The translations under genes and the position numbers were made by a program. The notes under the pieces were generated by a model that searched no databases, had not been told where the DNA came from, and was given only the letters and a program-made list of their open reading frames with translations. Below are positions 47,844 to 60,771 of a stretch of 64,000 nt of DNA, one piece after another (position 1 is the first letter of the stretch; the number at the start of each line of letters is the position of its first letter). Location: NCBI RefSeq assembly GCF_963506605.1, contig NC_083288.1, positions 41,974,001 through 42,038,000 on the forward strand, read 5' to 3'. The DNA comes from Zootoca vivipara (lineage: Eukaryota).

Positions 47844-49579
47844 GGGGATTGGCAAGAGGCAGTTTTCTCTCAATTCTACATCCCTTTCCTTATCCTTCCT
47901 TGTTCTTCTGCAGCTCTTCTTGGGGGGAAGAATAAGTTGAACTGTTTTTTGGCTCCATTCTTTCTTTCACTATAGCCCTTAAAGGAACAGGCACATTCCC
48001 TTCTGGACAAGGACTTTCTGGACAAGCACCTACAACACTTTAACCCATATATGAGTATTGGCACATCGTTTTTAAACAAAAGAAAGCATAGATATTGGGG
48101 GGGATACTTGCAAAAATGTGAAAAGTGGGAGAAATACATAGAAAAATGTGTACAAATTTTCATGTGAACTTTTTTTTTAAGGAGAGTTCACACACTGGTG
48201 TGGAAATTGGGGGAGTGAATTTAATATTTGGAAAATGAGCAGCAGAGAGAGAAAAATCAATGGATCTATCCATTTCTAGGTTACTCAGAACGTAAGCATA
48301 CAAGAGTGAAGATCTGATCAGGAAGGAAACTAGGAATCATTTTCTTCCCTTACAATGAGGAGCCCATTGGTTGTTGTTAGGTTGTATCGATTCAGGGGGT
48401 CTAAGAGCTGAACTGTTAGATTTGCTAAATTATGCCATAGAGATCCCTGTGCTGTAGTTCCTATTGACTGAAATCACACACCAGTTTTTGGCTGAAATCA
48501 CTACTAAGAAGGTTTGAATTCCACTAAGATCTTGCCTCGTGCTTGGCCATTTCTGTGGACAAGAATCACACATGGGTGCTGGAATCACACAAGAGTGATC
48601 CTGACCTGCTGTATTTATTAGCTAAAGCTGCGGAGACCAAATGGATCGACATGAGCCTTTTTCCTGCTCCCTGCTGCTTGTAGTACTGCAACACACCCAA
48701 TTTTGGGGAGAATTGATCAGAGCTTCCTGCTGGCACTTGCTGGAATGGTATAACTTTGCACCTGGGTGGAACACAAAGGAATAATCAACTGCATCACTGG
48801 AGTACCTGTGAGTAAGGCCAAGGAACACACCCTTTCATTACCACATCTAGACCTTGAGAGGAAGTGGGAACGTTTGAAGTTGGTGGCAACTTTGTGGTTT
48901 TGTCTATGTTAATTTATGTTTTTGTCTGTGTTACTAGTGTCTTGATGCTGTCACTTGCTGATTTATATGAATAGTGTTGTTTGGCAATACACAAACAGGA
49001 TCAGATTTAAGAATTAAGGGAGCTTTTGATGGAGCTTTGAGGAAGGTGATGGCCCATTTGCAGAGGGGAGAATAAATTTTACCAACAGCCAGGAAAGAGC
49101 TTATAGTTTATGGATTCCACATTAGTTAACCTTTGCTCTTCCTGATGTTTCTGAACTACAACGCCTGTCCTTCAATGACAACATGGCTAATGGAAGTTGT
49201 AGACTAACAACATTTGGAGACCCACAGGTCCCCTACCCTGATCTAACAATCAAAACTCTATCTATTTTTAAAATATATTCTGGAGTTATAAGAAGTACTG
49301 CATAAGATTTTGGAAGTTCTAAAACAGATTGTACAGGTTTCCTTATCTGCCAAACTCACCCCTTCCTTTTCCATAAATGACGTCCCACAGAGATATGCCA
49401 CATCATCTACACTTCTCTGTGCAAAATTCAGTTGATCCAGACATAACTTAGAAGGTTCATCTTTTCTTGGCCAGCCTACTAACTGGCTGCATGTAGAGGA
49501 ATGCATACAAGTGAGGGGGAGGGAATTCTGTGATAAATGTCTTCATCATTGTTCCATTTCAAGGCTATAATCTGCAAGG

Positions 49580-50524
49580 ATGGAAAATGGGACTCATACA
49601 GTAGTGGTCGAGTTTGTTCTCCAGGGAATATCACAGATCTGGTTGGTGCAGCTGTTCCTCTGTACCCTACTCCTGCTCTTCTATGCCATCATCCTACCTG
49701 GAAATGTCCTCATCATTATGACAATTAGGCATGACCCCCATTTGGGATCCCCCATGTTTTTCCTCTTGGCCAACCTGGCTTTCATGGACATCTGCTACAG
49801 CTGTGTCACAACTCCGAAGATCATAGCCAACTTCTTGGCTGGCTGCAGAACCATCTCCTACAGAGGCTGCATGGCTCAGCTTTTTTTCATTCATTTCCTT
49901 GGTGGGGCAGAGATCATTCTCCTTATTTCCATGGCTGTGGATCGCTATGTGGCCATCTGCCACCCACTGCACTATGTCACTGTGGTGACAAGGGTGGTTT
50001 GCTGGGCTATGCTGCTGTGTGCATGGGCTGCAGGTTTCATACACTCCATGATACAAGTCATTCTCATTGCCCCACTGCCTTTTTGTGGCCCCAATGAGTT
50101 GGACAACTTCTTTTGTGACATCACCCAGATCATCAAGCTGGCTTGCACCAACACTTATACATTAGAGTTTGTCATGTTTGTCAACAGTGGTTTGGTCACA
50201 ATTGCATCTTTCCTCCTCCTCCTCATCTCTTATTTGGCCCTCCTTGTCAAGGTGAGGAAGGGCTCAAGCCAAGGAAAGAAGAAAGCCTCCTCTACATGCA
50301 TCACCCACATCATCATTATCTTCATTATGTTTGGCCCAGCTATCTATATCTATTGCCGTCCTTTCCAGGACCACCCGTTTGACAAGGTGGTGGCCTTTTT
50401 CCACACTGTGATCTTCCCTGTGATGAACCCCATGATCTATACACTGAGGAACAAGGAGATCAAAGTTGCTATGTGGAAACTGCTGAAAAAAATATACCAA
50501 AATCTCCAGACAAGTGAAAGATAA
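49580..50524 (+). CDS. Olfactory receptor, family 4 (OR4N/OR4M-like), 314 aa
   Basis: NGT site, PMFFLLANLA, MAVDRYVAICHPLHY, KASSTCITH, PVMNPMIYTLRNKE. Confidence 0.97.
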   Translation: MENGTHTVVVEFVLQGISQIWLVQLFLCTLLLLFYAIILPGNVLIIMTIRHDPHLGSPMFFLLANLAFMDICYSCVTTPKIIANFLAGCRTISYRGCMAQLFFIHFLGGAEIILLISMAVDRYVAICHPLHYVTVVTRVVCWAMLLCAWAAGFIHSMIQVILIAPLPFCGPNELDNFFCDITQIIKLACTNTYTLEFVMFVNSGLVTIASFLLLLISYLALLVKVRKGSSQGKKKASSTCITHIIIIFIMFGPAIYIYCRPFQDHPFDKVVAFFHTVIFPVMNPMIYTLRNKEIKVAMWKLLKKIYQNLQTSER

Positions 50525-50543
50525 CGATATCATAGTATTGCAA

Positions 50544-50949
50544 TACCATAAAGAAGGCTGATCGCCAAAGAATTGATGCTTTTGAATTATGGTGCTGGAG
50601 GAGACTCTTGAGAGTCCCATGGACTGCAAGTAGATCAAACCTATCCATTCTGAAGTAAATCAGCCCTGAGTGCTCACTGGAAGGACAAATCCTGAAGCTG
50701 AGGCCCCAAATACTTTGGCCACGTCATGAGAAGAGAAGACTCACTAGAAAAGACCCTGATATTGGGAAAGATGGAGGGCACAAGGAGAAGGGGATGACAG
50801 AGGATGAGATGGTTGGACAGTGTTCTCGAAACTACGAACATGAATTTGATGAAACTGCGGGAGGCAATGGAAGACAGGAGTGCCTGATGTGCTCTGGTCC
50901 ATGGGGTCACAAAGAGTCGGACATGACTAAACGATTAAACAACAACAAA
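50544..50949 (+). mobile_element. BovB LINE 3' fragment 20 bp after the OR stop
   Basis: TIKKADRQRIDAFELWCWRRLLRVPW motif; (CAA) tail; TSD ATTGCAA. Confidence 0.95.
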
Positions 50950-51061
50950 ATTGCAAAACTTGCTTTTATTCTTATGCTTTCTTGCACTTAATCATTATTC
51001 ACCAGATTTCTTACACCCCCTTTGCTTAGTGAATTCCAGAGACTGCAGTAGATTAACAGTA

Positions 51062-51772
51062 CAGTGGTACCCTGGTTTTCAAACAGCTTAGTTCACGAAC
51101 AACTTGGAAACTGAACGTTGCAAAACCGGAAGTAGGTGTTCTGGTTTGCGAACTTTTTTTCAGAAGCTGAACATGCTCCGTTTTGAGTCCCTCTGTTTCC
51201 CTTTTGAGTTGCTAATTTGCTTCCCTCTGTGTTTCCTGTTGCACTGCTAATTTGCACCCCCCATTGTAATTCAAGCCTTCCATTTCCGATTGCAGTGTTC
51301 TGAGCTGATATTTGGAGCTGATATTTGGTGTTTTTTTGCTACAGGATTTGTTTTGCCTTTTTTGTTTTGAAGCTTTTTCAGTTAATTTGTTTATGTGACT
51401 GTGTGGATCCCAGTTCAGCTACTGATTGATTGATTGTGTGACTGCAGAAATGGTTAAAAGCCCCCCCCATGCAAACAATGACTATCAACAGTGCAGATAA
51501 GAGAAAACAATTAATTTTTATTATCTATAATACTGTTTTATTTATTTTATAGTATATTACTTTTATTATTGCTTTCCTTTTATGGATCAATGGTCTCGTT
51601 AGATAGTAAAATTCATGTTAAATTGCTGTTTTAGAGGTTGTTTTTAAAAGTCTGGAATGGATTAATCTATTTTGCATTATTTTCTAAGGGAAAGCACACC
51701 TTGGTTTTGGAATGCCTTGGTTTTGGAACAGTCTTCCGGAACGGATTAAGTTTGAGAACCAAGGTACCACTG
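51062..51772. mobile_element. Tc1/mariner (Tigger-like) non-autonomous element
   Basis: TA|CAGTGGTACCCTGGTT...AACCAAGGTACCACTG|TA. Confidence 0.88.
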
Positions 51773-54049
51773 TAACACTTTTATTGTCTAAAAGTAACTA
51801 TACAACAGCCCTAACAAACTTACTGCTGCAGATCATATTTGTGCACCAGTCCTTCTGCCCTAGTCCTAGTTTCATTTTCCATGTCATACCATATAAGCCA
51901 TTGCCTCTCTGTTCAGGATCACCTGTCACCACATTTAATCTAAACTACAAGTCACACAAACATATTTTAACAGCTTCCCATCCTTGAGGTGGTGAGTGGA
52001 TGATCAGTCACCTCTAATAACACCTGGGGACTATTCTGCCCCATTACTGGTTGCTATTTCTATCTAAACAATTAATAATCTCTGTATTGTGCAGGTTTCC
52101 TATTCACCCCGCCTCTAGAGGTGACCACCTCCATGTTCAAAGATGGGAAGCAAGCTTCTATAGGTGGTTTCTGGGCCTGGGCTTCTGTTGATGTTCCAAG
52201 ATCTTGGCATGTTGACAAGCTTTGCTCTTTTGATTGTATGGTTCAACATAATTCTGACATAAGTTGCATATGTCTTCTGCTCCTTCTAAATGGGCAGCAA
52301 GGCCTATAAAGGTTGCCAATTTCTCCACCAGCACATGAACGTGACCCGTCTTACAGTCTTCAAGCATGTGGCTGGTGAAGAGGGTGGCCAGCATGGCATG
52401 GTGGAACTAGCCATCATGTTCTCACAACCACCTCAGATGTGCTTTTGATATCTGAAGAAGTGTGTCTTCATCCCCCTGTGTATACAAAGCTGCATGTGAA
52501 GCTTTATAGACAAGTTCTAAAAAGGAAGTTCTACAGGAAAGGCGGCTTTCTCTCTCCACATGCATTCATTCTGTCCTTGATTAATGTATGGAAAAGGACT
52601 ATATGTTGAATCTCAGTGTGGGAACCTCTGGTTGCCTGATTATGGAGTTAGCTCCCTATCTCTCTGCTCAGCCTGCTTTGCAAGGCAGACGATGATATGT
52701 TTTAATTTCCTTAAATCTTTAAGCACAAACATATTATACTGCATGGGAAGATCCATAGTAACACATAACAATTATCCATACGGTAGTTGCATATTGTTTG
52801 CCAACTTCATGGTGTAATAACTAATAGCTTGCCAAAGTAATCACACATTAAGGCTGGGCAAGACTTGGTGTGGTATTCAACTAGTTTGAGCAGATCCATT
52901 GAAATTAATGAGCATGATTAAGTAAAGTCCATTACTTGCAACAGGTCTACTCTGAGTAAAATATAGTTGGATGCCACATGTGAAGCCAATCCGCTCCATT
53001 CCTTCATGTGTACACTATAGTCCATCTGTGGACTCTACTTCCTTTACTCTTCATAATGAAGAGTGTTTCTAATAAATAAACTTGTATGACAATTCTCCAT
53101 CATCTAATCTATTTCTTATGCCACTTTGTTATGGATATGCAGGTGGAGACTGCAGTGGGTCCCCATAGTATTAAGGTTACACACAAGGCAAAGTGTTGGT
53201 AACTTTTGAAAGCCTAATAAGATACTACCTGAAAGGCATGGACAATGTTCATCTACACTTCTTGATCCCGTCATCCAATAATGTCTAGTCAGGTACATGT
53301 TATGAGTCATTGCACTGAGTTAGGGTTACCATATTTTGAAGAGCAAAAAAGAGGACTCTATAACGACTCTTATTTTAAATACCTCTGTTATATGTAGGCT
53401 ATAGAAGCTGTGATATATTGCTGAGGGGGGCAGGAGAAGAGAAGAAGAAAGCAAGTCTTCAGCCACCAGTTATGCCTATGTCTCATCCAGAAATTATAGC
53501 CAAAGACATTTTTGCAAATTTAAAAAATCCATCCGGACAAAAAGTTTACCCCTAAAAAAGAGGATATGTCCTGGAAAAAGAGGACACATGGCAACCCTAA
53601 CTGAGCAGACAGATTCACACCATACATTTAAAGCACATTCAGCACACATCTACAGCACATGGCTTCCCCCAAAGAATCCTGAGAACTGTAGTTTGTTATG
53701 GATGATAGGAACTGTAGCTCTGTGAGGTGGAACTAGAGCTCCCAGGAAGCTACTACAGTATGTACTTTAAACCTGAAGAAATGTGAGCTTTGCATTCAAG
53801 TTTAATTCTAGTTTTTACATCATCATCATCAGGCTGGGAGAACCGCCAGGTTTGCAAAAATACAACAATAAAATGCAAAATAACCTTAGGGGAAGGCACC
53901 CCCCCAAAAAAACCCCCCACATAACTCTGCTGATTAAGTACTGAGCATGTTCACCAGCCTAGGGGTTCTAAATTCCTTTTTGAGTGGAAAGGGGAAGGAA
54001 TGGAATATCCTGAAGTAAGGCATGGCTAGTTGAAACAGTGCACAAATGG

Positions 54050-54390
54050 TTGTAAATTTTTCTCCATGGACACGCTCTTCTGCCTTATTCCTTGGATAAA
54101 TGGTTGTTGGACTAGGGCCCAGATCAAGGCCTACTGCTTCACCATTTCCAATCCCATCCCAGAGTTCACCTGCACTTTCTCCATCTGATTCACTATGCAA
54201 ACTTTTTAATGAGCTCCCTGAAGACTGATAGCTGGGGTGTCTCTGCCTTGAGTCTCTTGAGCTCTTACTATGGCAGCTTCCAGTATCTGTGTGCCAAGGC
54301 CTTTAGATGAGCAGGGAAGTATTTTGTTATTCCCAAAGAGGAAAAGAATGTGACCCTTTTCACTGCCCTTTACCCCAGAGGAAGAATAAG
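54050..54390. promoter_or_regulatory. Candidate OR enhancer or distal promoter with exact H/P-element 13-mer
   Basis: AACTTTTTAATGA at 54200-54212 followed by GCTCCCTGAAG; several more O/E-like sites within 200 bp. Confidence 0.55.
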
Positions 54391-55149
54391 GAATTGGTTC
54401 TTTTTTTCTTTCCTTCCTTACAATGTTCAGATTTTAGTTATTATTTTTTCAGGTTGCAGGGCTAGATCTTCAACAATCAAAAGCATTTTGTCCTCACTCA
54501 CACATCCCTGATCACACATACATTATGTGTTAACTCATGTGTAAGCCCATGCTGCCACAGAGGTGTGATATGAGCAAGATCTTGGGCCCACAGTTTTGCC
54601 ACAAGGCAGGGGTGTTCAGCTATGTTAGTCAGAGATGAAACAATGAGAAAACAAAGAAAGCCAGGCAAGCTGTTGATCATTATCGTTCTGTTTGCAAGCA
54701 GACTCCCACTGACCATGCAAGGAGAAGAAGGGACCAGAACAAAAGCATGTTAGAATTTTTTAACCCTCAGATAGTACCCACCCTTGTAACAGAAAAGCTA
54801 CCCCCAAAATGGCAGAGAAAAGGGTTGTACCTGTAAATCAGGACACACTCAGATTTCATGTTTCTCCAGCATATTTACGAGTCTGTTAATCAAGATGCTT
54901 GACAATACCTTTTTCCAAACCAGTTTGAGATACCCTTTGAAACAGTGAATACATTGACTCCAGAATCCATTTTCAAGCACCTGTTTATTCATACATTGAT
55001 ACCGGTAGCTGCTCTTTGGGCAAATCTGTGGGGATAGTTATCAATACTTGTTAAACCAGAGGGGAAGCTTGGGAAGGATTTCCTGCTATGTGGCTGGAGG
55101 AGTCTCAGTGCTGACTAGGGGTTAAACATGACTGTTGTATTGCTCTCTG

Positions 55150-56000
55150 TTTACAGCTCAGGCTTTACTGGTAAAGCAGGTTCTCTCCATAGGAGAGAGC
55201 ATGGGTTGCGGCTGGGCTAACAAGACGACCCAGGGCCTTGGGGGGTGGGTCTGATATTTGGCTTTGATTGGTGGTTTAATTGTTGCTGGGGATTTTTTCC
55301 TTGTTGCAATTTGATGATTGACAGCCCTTGCTTGGTTTAAGCTGAAGGAGCAGTTTGTGCTACCTCTTTGCTGCTTGCTTCGAATCTCCCGCCCACCCTC
55401 CGCTTCATTTAGGCCCCTTTGCTTGACCTTGCAGTGCCTGTCTAGGTGGTCGCCTGTATTCAGGGGCCTGGTAGGAATTTTGCCATTTGACTGATTGGCT
55501 GGTGTCAGGTGGTTTTTGCCTACCATGCTGCAATTAGTCACAACTTGTAAGGTTGCGGTTAGTCATTGGTTCAAATAATTGGTCGAGGGGTACGGATTTT
55601 GGCTGGGCCTGACCCTCATGTGATTGCTGCTGCCATATAGAAGTATTCCGTTAAAGGAATCCGGGGCTCCACATGTTTGTCTGTTTATCCCCGCTAGGGG
55701 TCAGGACCACGCATGAGCCTCGGGGAGCATCTGGGGAGAGGACAAAGAAGGGCTTGTGCCCCCTGCCCTGTCCTCTCTCAGGGGGTGCTGACTTACTGAC
55801 TCCCCTACTAGGCTAGAGGGAGTCAGATCTGTCCCAGGCGGGAGACAGATGGCTGGGAACCAATGACTAAGCAACCACTCACATTTAATTGATTGTATTT
55901 TAATAAAAAAGTTGTGGCCAAATTTTAATGCCAAAAACCTTAACAAAATTATGGTGTCTGTGTGAGTTATTGGGGGGTCCTCTTGGTGCCTCGGCACGCA
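55150..56000. mobile_element. Unclassified interspersed repeat
   Basis: GC/CpG-elevated block with AATAAA near its right end; termini and TSD not resolved. Confidence 0.35.
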
Positions 56001-56285
56001 AAAAATGATATTTCATTAATTTTTCCATAACAGTTACAAGCTGGTCACTGAGGATATGTGCACCATATATTTTTAAAAGTACATTTAACACACATTTCTC
56101 CCCTCAAAGAATAATGGACCCTGTAGAACAGGGAATAGGTTACTGAGAGCTATAGCTCTGTGAGGTGTAACAGTGCCCCAAATTATTTGTGGGAAACAAT
56201 GTGCTTTGAATGTACTTTAAAGGTATAGTGTGTATGTAGCCAGAGTCCCCATTAAAGTTAAAGATAAATTGGCATATTATTATTA

Positions 56286-56640
56286 AAAGGTAAAGGGACC
56301 CCTGACCATTAGGTCCAGTCGTGACCGACTCTGGGGTTGCGGCGCTCATCTCGTGTTATTGGCTGAGGGAGCCGGCGTACAGCTTCAAGGTCATGTGGCC
56401 AGCATGACAAAGCCGCTTCTGGCAAACCAGAGCAGCACACACAGAAATGCTGTTTACCTTCCCGCTGTAGTGGTACCTATTTATCCACTTGCACTTTGAC
56501 GTGCTTTCGAATTGCTAGGTTGGCAGGAGCTGGGACCGAGCAACAGGAGCTCACCCCTTTGCAGGGATACGAACCACTGACCTTCTGATCAGCAAGCCCT
56601 AGGCTCTGTTGTTTAACCCACAGCACCACCCGTGTCCCCT
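56286..56640 (-). mobile_element. Sauria SINE, full length
   Basis: Same sequence as 22393-22742; inserted in an ATT-repeat target. Confidence 0.92.
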
Positions 56641-57164
56641 ATTATTATTACAAAGCATCAAAATGGCATCAGAAAGTCAAATGGCTGTCACAGGGCTTAT
56701 GGAAGCCTGGACTGTGTAAAATGTGTGGGTCTGGGATTACACATCTTTTCTCTCCTCCAAAAATAATCATTTGTTGTTGTTGTTGTTGTTTAGTCGTGTC
56801 CGACTCTTCGTGACATACTCTTGGAGAAACAAAACTCTGATCTACATAGATCTTCAAGATAAGATTCTGGAGGCAGAACATGGAATCATTTAAATGTAGT
56901 GGTCCAGTATTTTTTGATATAGTTTTAATGGAAGGGCAACAATGATTCCCCATTTCCCCATTTGTGAATTTCTGCCTGAAAATGGTTTAAGGCTAGGCAC
57001 ATATTCAGAGCAGTGAACATTTGATCCACCACTCAGAGGTCAGTATTTTGGGTACATGGGTACCTGCATGTTTCTAGTGACATATGTAACAGGGTTGCCA
57101 GATCACCTGAGCACCTGGGTAATGATATAGCCACAAAATGTCTTGATAATATTAATATGATATA

Positions 57165-57230
57165 CTTCCTTCCTTCCTTCCTTCCTTCCTTCCTTCCTTC
57201 CTTCCTTCCTTCCTTCCTTCCTTCCTTCCT
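57165..57230. repeat. (TTCC)n microsatellite
   Basis: Direct observation. Confidence 0.95.
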
Positions 57231-57309
57231 GATTAATAGAACTGGAGATTATTCAATTGGTTGAGTGCACACACATAGTTCAGAGATTACCCTGTTTTTG
57301 ATCCCTTGC

Positions 57310-58340
57310 CACCTACCCAAGAAACCAAATGAGAAGTCAAACCAACCAACGATGCACCCCTGAGGACAGCTGTGTGTCACATCCCTTAGTGATAAAGTAT
57401 TGTTTTCTTCTCTAGCACCATTGGAGCAGATAACACACAACTAATGCAGTCAAGCAGATATATCATCCAAATAGATATTGTCATCCACACACCAGCCACA
57501 GGCAGAGGAAGGAACTGGATCAAGCAGCTCCATGCTGATGATGATCAGGACAGAAGAAGTTGCTGTAGCAACCTCAAGGAATTTCTGTTGGATTTTGGAG
57601 GTGGGTGAGAAACCATTTGAGGATGTATTGCATTTTTCCAGAAGGCAGGTGGAAAACAATGGGAGGAATGACATATTGCAAACATCTCCAAAGAGCTCTC
57701 CAGCCATTTCCATCAACTAATCTTCCCTTTCCCATTCTCTAACTTCACATGCCTTTTGGTGGATAGACTGCTGAGGAACACTGGAGTAGTGTGAAGACTG
57801 GTCAATATTATTATCATGTAATTGTCCATCCAGAACACTGGAGACTACATAATATACCCAGTTTCTGATATGGCATGCCTCTAAGAGGTCTACTGCACTC
57901 GTGTTATATTTGTGGGTTTCCTCTAGGCATTGGTTAACCATGGCAGAATACTCACCTTGCCACAGTCTGATCTGTAATAGAATAGTCCCAGGATGCTTTC
58001 AGTAGACTGAGGTTTGGGCAGTTGTGTTCCTTGCTAAGTGAGAATATAAGAATGTGAGAAATTAGAACTGTCATTCTACATCAGTCAGCAACTGCATACC
58101 CATGGCAGTTTGTTCAATTTTCCTGGTGTTTCCCTGTTGATTTCTGCATGTAATTGGAGCTTTCACATGACATAAAAGCCACTTCAAGAACTATAGAGGA
58201 ATATAGTGAATATTGAGTGCTCATTTCCGTATTAGTTGCAAATGATTTTTTTTCCCTCTGGAAAGGAATAACATGGAAACTAGGACTAAACAGCACTATG
58301 GTTCTGGAAGTGATATTTGTAAAATATCATGTGAATGCAG
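57310..58340 (+). repeat. Non-coding block paralogous to 62825-64000 (upstream region of OR4K-like genes)
   Basis: Collinear anchors GAAGTCAAACCAA, GGAGCAGATAA, GGCAGAGGAAG, ACAGAAGAAG, GAGCTTTCAC. Confidence 0.8.
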
Positions 58341-58866
58341 AAATCAACAGTTCGAGAAATGGGGAAATGGAATAAACTGTAGTGTGATTGCAGCTTGTGA
58401 CATCAGGCTGAGCACTCTGACTTCTTATGGTGACTAACCAGGTGTTTCTTTGGAAAGGAAACACAAAATAGGGGAAGATAATGCATCTGGCCTATTAATA
58501 ATTAAATCAGAGCAACACACAATTTTAAGGTAAGTCTTTGCACGACAAAAAAGAAGTGGATACAGTTCAGTAATGAACATAGACAATGAATCTATCATAT
58601 CCACCTCTCTGTGTGTGCACATTCCTGTGATGCAGTCTCAGTCAAACCCCCTGCCGGTGAAGCTGATGCTAAATGAAACCACTGCGTAAGGGCACATGGC
58701 AGCTACCACTTTCTTCTCCATGGGCTCCTCTGTGTGGTAACTTCTCCTTGGAATCTTCTCTAATCTCCTTCTGCAGATCTGGAGTACCCAAATGGGTAGT
58801 TCTTCAGATATTCCACAAATTTAGATTGTATTTTGGAAAGTGGTCTGCTTCTTAGGAAGATAGATA

Positions 58867-59110
58867 CAGTGGTACCTCTACTTACGAATTTAATGCGTTC
58901 CGAACACACATTTGTAAGTCGGAAAAAATTGTAAGTCGAATCCCATAGGAATGCATTGGGAGAAAAAAATTGTAAGTCGAAGCAACCCTATCTAAATATT
59001 CATAAGTAGAAAAAAATCCTATCTAAACAGCATCCAAGATGGCCGATGGAGCTCCATTCGTAAGTAGAAACATTCGTAAGTAGAGTTATTCGTAAGTAGA
59101 GGTACCACTG
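58867..59110. mobile_element. Tc1/mariner (Tigger-like) MITE
   Basis: TA|CAGTGGTACCTCTACTTACGAAT...ATTCGTAAGTAGAGGTACCACTG|TA. Confidence 0.92.
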
Positions 59111-59194
59111 TAGTTGGAAAGGTGATGATGATGATGATGATGATGTGTGTGTTGTAGGACAATATATTTTAGAGGAGCTGCATTGATGGGGAAG

Positions 59195-59385
59195 GGCCAT
59201 AGCTCACTAGTAGAGCATCTGCTTTCCATTAAGAAGATCCCAGGTGCAATCCCTGGCAACTCCAAGTAGGAGTGTGAATTTTCTCCTCTAAAACTCTGAA
59301 AAACCACTGCCAGTCAGTGTAAACTATACTGAGCTATATGAACTAATGGTCTGACTCAATATAAGGCACCTTGCTGTTTTCCTAA
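59195..59385 (+). mobile_element. tRNA-derived SINE (Squam3-like)
   Basis: GGGCCATAGCTCACTAGTAGAGCATCTGC head; CACTGCCAGTCAGTGTA body. Confidence 0.75.
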
Positions 59386-59716
59386 AAGAGGTGTGTGTTT
59401 GCACCACAGCCCTTCAGATATCTGTTGAATTAGATTGGACAATGGTCAGGGGTAAGGAGCTGGACTCTGCAGAGCCGCAGGTTCTCAACTCCTGGTGCAG
59501 ATAATACTGAGTTGGATAGAGGAATGGACTTAGTATATGTCATCTTCCTATGTTCCTATGGATAATGTATGAACAATTAGGACTGGGGTCCCAGGACCCA
59601 GTCAAGAATAATGGCAGCTGACACATAGCTACACCCTTTGCTAAGGCTATAATGGAAGTATCTCATTACCACCTTTTTCTCTCTTTCCAGTTTTTACAGT
59701 GATTTGCAAGAAGACA

Positions 59717-60676
59717 ATGGCATGGGGAAACCAGACAATGGTGAATGAGTTTGTCCTTCTGGGCCTCTCTGAAATTTGGGAGGTCCAATTGGTCTTCTTT
59801 ATCGTCTTCCTCCTCCTCTACGTGGCTACTTTCTTCATCAACATTCTCATCCTCTCAGCTATTTTCAGATGTCGCCATCTTTCAGACTCACCCATGTTCT
59901 TTCTCCTGGGTCATTTGGCTTTCCTGGACCTCTGCCTGTCCTCCTTTGCCACTCCAAGATCTCTTTTTGATTTCCTCGCCCAACACCATGTCATTTCCTT
60001 CCATGGTTGCATGGCACAAATCTTTTTTCTTCATCTCTTTGGGGGCAGTGAGATGCTCCTGCTGATAGCCATGGCCTATGACCGGTATGTGGCCATCTCC
60101 CACCCTCTCCATTATGCCACACTCATGAATCGGCGGCGATGCATGGGGCTTGTGCTAGCCTGCTGGACTGGTGGGCTCCTCCACACCACTGTGCAATTGG
60201 TTTTTACAATTAATGCACTTTTCTGTGGACCCAATCTTGTGCACAATTTCTTCTGTGACATCCCCTTTGTCATTAAGTTGGCCTGCACTGACACATACCT
60301 CCTGGAAGTCATGATGGTCACCAACAGTGGCATTATGTCACTAATGTCTTTTGTTGCTCTGCTTCTCTCATATGGATTCATTCTTTATACCATCTGCTCT
60401 ATGCCCCACTCTAAAAGGACCACAAAGACTGCTTCCACATGTACCTCTCACCTCATTGTGGTTACCATGTACTTTGGGCCAATTATGTTTATTTACCTGC
60501 AGCCATACAGTCAATTCATGGCCGATAAAGTGCTCTGCATCTTCTACACCTGTTTCACCCCCTTGCTGAACCCAACTATCTATGCTTTGAAGAACAAGGA
60601 GATGAAGGTTGCTATGGGAAGTCTGCTGGCAAGGCTTTCTGGGAAGGTTTCCACTCAAGGCCAGCCCTATCATTAG
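59717..60676 (+). CDS. Olfactory receptor, family 4 (OR4K/OR4F-like), 319 aa
   Basis: NQT site, SPMFFLLGHLAFLDLCLSSFATP, MAYDRYVAISHPLHY, STCTSH, PLLNPTIYALKNKEM; acceptors ending 59690 and 59699. Confidence 0.95.
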   Translation: MAWGNQTMVNEFVLLGLSEIWEVQLVFFIVFLLLYVATFFINILILSAIFRCRHLSDSPMFFLLGHLAFLDLCLSSFATPRSLFDFLAQHHVISFHGCMAQIFFLHLFGGSEMLLLIAMAYDRYVAISHPLHYATLMNRRRCMGLVLACWTGGLLHTTVQLVFTINALFCGPNLVHNFFCDIPFVIKLACTDTYLLEVMMVTNSGIMSLMSFVALLLSYGFILYTICSMPHSKRTTKTASTCTSHLIVVTMYFGPIMFIYLQPYSQFMADKVLCIFYTCFTPLLNPTIYALKNKEMKVAMGSLLARLSGKVSTQGQPYH

Positions 60677-60771
60677 TCAGCATGAGATGGCCACTTCGAG
60701 CAGCTTATTTTGGTTGTCACAAAAGAGAGGCAAAATCAATAGTTATTTAATTTTACTGCTCACAGTGTGGA

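Noticed and set aside
57450-57960. Possible minus-strand exon(s) with donor at ~57950
   Set aside because: Donor not kept in the paralogous block and ORFs show no recognisable homology
58867-59110. Regularly recurring TCGTAAGT words resembling a CRISPR-like array
   Set aside because: Subterminal repeats inside a Tigger-type MITE in a vertebrate genome; no unique spacers
11048-60673. Recurrent antisense and shifted ORFs over OR genes (e.g. MLVQAS...)
   Set aside because: Shadows of conserved OR codons
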